From the NCBI GenBank assembly GCA_045863395.1, contig BTVJ01000140.1, positions 1 to 12,158 on the forward strand: DNA of 12,158 bases, read 5' to 3'. The stretch's first letter is position 1. Every line of letters begins with the position of its first letter. The stretch is from Myxococcales bacterium. Its GTDB lineage: Bacteria > Myxococcota_A > UBA9042 > JABWCM01 > BTVJ01. Positions 7,672 to 12,158 of the stretch are shown piece by piece. Position numbers and translations under genes: made by a program. The notes under the pieces were generated by a model that saw nothing but the letters and a program-made list of their open reading frames with translations, did no database searches and was not told the origin of the DNA.

Positions 7672-8354
7672 TGCTTCGCCAGGGTCAGCGCGCAGGAGGA
7701 GCCGTCGACGTCGACGGTGCACTGGCCCGACGCCGCGGACGCGCTGGTCAGGGTCGTGGCGCAGGCATAGTTGGCCGTCCCCTGGCTGCCTGTGACCGTG
7801 ACCGTGAAGCCGAGGGTGCTCGCCGTCAGCGTGGCGTTGGAGACAGTGGCGTTGCTCGGCGTGATGGTCAGGGAGCAGCCACTCTGGGAGACGCTGCCGA
7901 ACTCTCCCGCGGGAAAGCACCCGTTGTTGGTCACCGCCCAGACCCCGGAGAGGTCCATGCAGCCGCCCGTGCCGCCCGTGCCGCCCGTGCCGCCCGTGCC
8001 GCCCGTGCCGCCCGTGCCTGCCGCACCGGGTGGGAGGGTGCAGTACCCAGGCTTGACGGCCCCGTCCGCCTTGCCCGGGTCCCAGCCGCGAGAGGCCGCT
8101 TCACCTTCGGAGGCGTCCGAGCCACCGGGGGCGGGGGTTGGGACGGTGATCACGTCCGCGTCCGACCCGCCGGCGCCACCCCCACCACCGCCGCCACCAA
8201 GTCCCGCACCGCCAGGGTTCCCCCCACCGGGGGCCTGGATCTGGCACACCTGCCCCGTGGGACACTCGGCGGCCGTGGAGCACGGGATCACGGTGCCTCC
8301 GCTCTTTTCACAGCCAACCAGGGCCAACACCCCCACCATCACCGCTTTGCGCAT
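7668..8354 (-). CDS. 228-aa Gly-rich lipoprotein with a small Cys motif and a Cys-containing C-terminal beta-rich domain
   Basis: ATG with GGAGAGG RBS, 3 nt after the FKBP stop. Lipobox MRKAVMVGVLALVG-C, motif CSTAAECPTGQVC, poly-Gly, (TGG)6 linker, then a DLSGVWAV... domain. Confidence 0.82.
   Translation of the reverse strand: MRKAVMVGVLALVGCEKSGGTVIPCSTAAECPTGQVCQIQAPGGGNPGGAGLGGGGGGGGAGGSDADVITVPTPAPGGSDASEGEAASRGWDPGKADGAVKPGYCTLPPGAAGTGGTGGTGGTGGTGGTGGCMDLSGVWAVTNNGCFPAGEFGSVSQSGCSLTITPSNATVSNATLTASTLGFTVTVTGSQGTANYACATTLTSASAASGQCTVDVDGSSCALTLAKQ
7962..8018. repeat. Perfect 9-bp coding tandem repeat (gccgcccgt x6) encoding (Thr-Gly-Gly)6
   Basis: Identical units start at 7962, 7971, 7980, 7989, 7998 and 8007. 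Confidence 0.95.
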
Positions 8355-8357
8355 GGT

Positions 8358-9284
8358 CTACCTCTCCATGGAGACGAGCTCGACGTCGAACACGAGCATG
8401 CCCTTCGGCTTGCCCGCCTTGCCGGCATAGGCCAGCTTCTCGGGGATCCAGAAGCGCGCCTGCTCACCGACGACCATCAGTGGGATTCCCTCAGTCCACC
8501 CGGCGATGACGCTGGCCAGGTCGAAGGTGGACGTCTCGTCCCCCAGGGTCTGGTCGAAGCACTTGCCGTCCGTGGTCCACCCGGTATACCGCACGCTCAC
8601 GGTGGCCGTGGGAGTCGGGCGGTCGGTGCCAGTGCCCGGCTTCAGGGTCTTCCACACGAGGCCCGACGGCCGGCGCTTGGCGTCCTTCGGCGGTCGGGCC
8701 ACGTCCGCAGGCGCGGGCGGCGCCTTGTGTAGCCCGATCAGCTCCAGATCGATGACCAGGGTGCCCTTGTCGTCCTCCCCCTTGAGGGCCATGGCCGCCG
8801 GAATCCACACGCGGCGCTTCTCTCCCACGGTCATGAGCCGGATGGCCTCCGCCCAGCTCGCCATGGTCTTGTGGAGCCTCATGGTCCGGGGCTCACCACG
8901 CTTCCAGGTGCTGTCCTTGACGGCCCCGTCATTGGTCCACGCGGTGTAGTGGACGATGGCCGTGTCCCGCTCGCCGGGCTTGGAGTCGCCCGAGCCTTGC
9001 ACGAGCACCTTGGAGGCGATGCCGGACCTGGTCTTCTCGGCGTCGTCGGGCGGCCCGGCTACATCAGGCGGGGGCGCCAGGCGCTCGGCGAGGGAGGGGC
9101 CGGCCGGCGCATCGGGAGAGGCCTCGGGCGGGGTGGCCGCCTCGGGCTCGGGAGACGGCTCCGGGGGCAGATCCGCCGGGACGGAGGGCACCTCGGCCTT
9201 CGCGGGCGCGGGCGGGTCCGCCTTGTCCTGCGTGCACGCACCGACCGCAACCAGCAACGCCAGGGACATCCAACGCGAGCGCAT
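8358..9284 (-). CDS. Lipoprotein FKBP-type peptidyl-prolyl isomerase with two FKBP domains (308 aa)
   Basis: ATG at 9284 with GAGGAGGT RBS and lipobox LLVAVGA-C, followed by a Pro/Glu linker. Two APPDVAxPP-FKBP units; the second has canonical YTGW..DGKCFD, VIAGWTEG, IPEKLAY and LVFDVEL motifs. Confidence 0.93.
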   Translation of the reverse strand: MRSRWMSLALLVAVGACTQDKADPPAPAKAEVPSVPADLPPEPSPEPEAATPPEASPDAPAGPSLAERLAPPPDVAGPPDDAEKTRSGIASKVLVQGSGDSKPGERDTAIVHYTAWTNDGAVKDSTWKRGEPRTMRLHKTMASWAEAIRLMTVGEKRRVWIPAAMALKGEDDKGTLVIDLELIGLHKAPPAPADVARPPKDAKRRPSGLVWKTLKPGTGTDRPTPTATVSVRYTGWTTDGKCFDQTLGDETSTFDLASVIAGWTEGIPLMVVGEQARFWIPEKLAYAGKAGKPKGMLVFDVELVSMER

Positions 9285-9453
9285 CGCAGCACCTCCTCTC
9301 TCCACCCGGGCCGATTTGTCGCATACTTGGGCGCGGTTGGCCAGGGGGCATCGTGCTACGGGGCCGTGTGACCCCGTCGTCGGCTGCGGGCGCCGGAACT
9401 TCGCAGAGGCGCTCGGCTGTTGCCCCGGCGTCCCACGTGAGAGAGGAGGACCC

Positions 9454-9999
9454 ATGCGGATCGCCATCGCCATCGCCCTGACCCTCGCGGCCTGCTCCAA
9501 GGAGCCGACGACGGTCCGGGTCAGCGCACCCACCCAGGAGGCTCCCGACGACCCGCTCCGCCCCGGCACGGTGGCCCCCGCCTTCGAGGCCACCGCCCAC
9601 GACGGGAGCACCGTATCGCTGGCCTCGCTCCGTGGACGCCCGGTGGTCCTCTACTTCTACCCGAAGGACGACACGGCCGGCTGCACCGTGGAGGCCCAGG
9701 GCTTCCGCGACACCTTCGCAGACTTCGCCGCCGCGGGCGCGACCATCGTGGGCGTCTCCACGGACGGACTCGCCTCCCACAGAGAGTTCGCGGCAAAGCA
9801 CCGCCTCCCCTTCCTGCTGGTCGCCGACACGGACGGCCGCCTCGCCAAGAGCTACGGCGTCGGGAGCACCCTCGGCTTCACCCACCGCATCACCTTCGTC
9901 ATCGCCCCCGACGGCAAGGTCGCCGCCACCTTCGACGACGTGGATCCGGACGCCCACGCGCCGGAGGTGCTCGCGGCGGTGCGGGCGACAGCGCATTGA
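9454..9999 (+). CDS. bcp: BCP/PrxQ-family peroxiredoxin with a lipoprotein signal (181 aa)
   Basis: ATG at 9454 after GAGGAGGA, with lipobox [14 protein letters not shown]. Motifs [31 protein letters not shown] and [12 protein letters not shown]. The gene is divergent from the FKBP gene. Confidence 0.92.
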   Translation: MRIAIAIALTLAACSKEPTTVRVSAPTQEAPDDPLRPGTVAPAFEATAHDGSTVSLASLRGRPVVLYFYPKDDTAGCTVEAQGFRDTFADFAAAGATIVGVSTDGLASHREFAAKHRLPFLLVADTDGRLAKSYGVGSTLGFTHRITFVIAPDGKVAATFDDVDPDAHAPEVLAAVRATAH

Positions 10000-10328
10000 G
10001 CGGAGCATGGCCACCTCTGCGGGTCGGGCGGGGGACGGACTGGGCGCGCCCCGAGAGTCTGACGTGGGGCGAGACGCGAGCGTCCGGAACAGGTACGCGC
10101 TTGGCGCTGAGACAACCACGGCCCCGAACGTCAACCGCTCACTTCGGCACATGGAGGTGTCCGTCCGGGGTGAGGCCGGACGACGCAGCGAGCCACCCTA
10201 CGAGGACAGCGCCCCGACACCTGGGCGGCACCGGGGACGTCGCACAGGGTTCCCGCGATTCTGGACGGATCCGCCTCGCTCGCTTGACAGTGGGCCTCGT
10301 CCGGGCTCCTCCTTGCATCAGGAGACAC

Positions 10329-10350
10329 GCCCTGCGCCCCGCCGCAGGGC
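10329..10350. other. 8-bp GC-rich hairpin in the leader of the aldo-keto reductase gene
   Basis: gccctgcg (10329-10336) and cgcagggc (10343-10350) with a 6-nt loop and no U-tract. A TTGACA hexamer lies upstream at 10284-10289 without a clear -10. Confidence 0.35.
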
Positions 10351-10375
10351 CCACCGCAAACCACGAGGTGACACC

Positions 10376-11359
<984 letters not shown>

Positions 11360-11410
11360 AGCGCGTCCCGGGATCGCCTGCGGGTGCTGAGCGTCGCCGC
11401 GGACGCTCCG

Positions 11411-11439
11411 TTGCCGAGGACCGCGGGCAGCGGTACAGT
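11411..11439 (+). promoter_or_regulatory. Possible sigma70-type promoter of the Uma2 gene
   Basis: TTGCCG (11411-11416), 17 bp, TACAGT (11434-11439), followed by a GAGAGGT RBS and ATG at 11459. Confidence 0.45.
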
Positions 11440-11458
11440 GCCGCAGAGAGGTGCAGAC

Positions 11459-12158
11459 ATGGTCCAGAGCCAACACGCCCCACCCTGGTTGCCGGAGATT
11501 CCGCCGGGCGAAGACGAGCTCCCCTACGAGGACGGAGTGCCCATGGACTCACCGCGCCACCACGCCCAGATGGACCTCCTCCTGGAGTCGCTCGGCTGGG
11601 AGCTGCGCGACCGCCAGGACGTCTTCATGGGCGGCAACATGTTCGTGTACTTCAGCGAGACCCAGGTCAAGAAGAACGACTTCCGGGGCCCGGACTTCTT
11701 CGTGGTCCTCCACACTACCAAGCGCGAGCGCAAGTCCTGGGTGGTGTGGCAGGAGGAGCGCACGCCCGACGTGGTCGTCGAGCTCCTCTCCGAGTCCACG
11801 GCCCATGTGGACCGGGGAGAGAAGAAGCGGATCTACGAGCGCGCCCTGCGCGTCGGCGACTACATCCTGTTCGATCCAGACACGGGGGCGCTGGAGGCGC
11901 ACACCCTCAAAGCAGGATCCTACAAGCGCTCGCGGCCCAACCGGCACGGGCGGCTCCCCGTGAGCCAGCTCGGTCTGGAGGTCGGGCTGTGGGAAGGCAC
12001 CTGGCGAGAGATGGTGGGCCCGTGGCTACGGTGGTATCACCCGGACGGTCGCCTGGTGCTCACGGAGGCGGAGGCACACGCACAGCGCGCCGAGGCCGAA
12101 GCGCAGCGCGCCGAGGCCGAAGCGCAGCGCGCCGAGGCCGAAGCGCAGCGCGCCGAGG
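11459..12158 (+). CDS. Uma2 (DUF820) family PD-(D/E)XK putative endonuclease with a C-terminal coiled-coil repeat, truncated by the window edge
   Basis: Absent from the ORF track because it has no stop in the window. Manual translation: MVQSQHAPPWLPEIPPGEDELPYEDGVPMDSPRHHAQMDLL...GGNMFVYFS...FRGPDFFVV...RKSWVVWQEERTPDVVVELLSESTAHVDRGEKKRIYE...YILFDP...WLRWYHPDGRLVLTEAE(AQRAEAE)n. Confidence 0.92.
   Translation, partial: MVQSQHAPPWLPEIPPGEDELPYEDGVPMDSPRHHAQMDLLLESLGWELRDRQDVFMGGNMFVYFSETQVKKNDFRGPDFFVVLHTTKRERKSWVVWQEERTPDVVVELLSESTAHVDRGEKKRIYERALRVGDYILFDPDTGALEAHTLKAGSYKRSRPNRHGRLPVSQLGLEVGLWEGTWREMVGPWLRWYHPDGRLVLTEAEAHAQRAEAEAQRAEAEAQRAEAEAQRAE
12080..12158 (+). repeat. 21-bp coding tandem repeat encoding the heptad AQRAEAE
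   Basis: gcgcagcgcgccgaggccgaa units at 12080 (one mismatch), 12101, 12122 and a partial unit at 12143. Confidence 0.93.

Noticed and set aside
45..7770. Very long antisense ORFs (45-2345, 2330-5434, 5491-7770)
   Set aside because: They mirror real minus-strand genes. Stop-free shadow frames are expected with high-GC codon usage, and the translations have no motifs.
7672..7920. N-terminal extension of Tex in the ORF track
   Set aside because: It overlaps the 228-aa lipoprotein gene out of frame, and Tex similarity begins just after GTG 7671.
9336..9358. Sigma54 promoter in the divergent FKBP/bcp gap
   Set aside because: The TGGC and TGC elements do not have the required GG-N10-GC spacing.
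8956..9611. Extended, mutually overlapping starts for FKBP (9611) and BCP (8956)
   Set aside because: Strong RBS plus signal peptide at 9284 and 9454 give non-overlapping divergent genes.
10284..10315. MerR-type promoter or operator at TTGACA upstream of the aldo-keto reductase
   Set aside because: No convincing -10 at 17-19 bp, only a weak dyad, and no regulator gene in the window.
9632..10375. Long N-terminal extension or fusion of the aldo-keto reductase
   Set aside because: It is low-complexity R/P/S sequence overlapping bcp, and the AKR motifs start right after the RBS and ATG at 10376.

Overview
GC-rich bacterial DNA. The Cys-rich lipoproteins, GKADG motif and Uma2 gene suggest a Myxococcota/deltaproteobacteria-like genome (inference). 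Left to right: a 43-bp non-coding tandem repeat, then five minus-strand genes that read, in transcription order, two-domain FKBP lipoprotein, Gly-rich lipoprotein, tex, a 1043-aa and a 675-aa Cys-repeat lipoprotein. Three plus-strand genes follow: a lipoprotein 1-Cys BCP/PrxQ peroxiredoxin, an aldo-keto reductase and a Uma2-family nuclease that runs off the window. The most notable item is the translationally coupled pair of large lipoproteins. They share a CDDGxxCT Cys-repeat stalk but carry different heads, and the 1043-aa head looks by eye like a complete two-barrel BPI/LBP/CETP (TULIP) lipid-binding module. This suggests an uncharacterised surface lipid-capture or transfer system. All family calls come from motif recognition; no searches were run.
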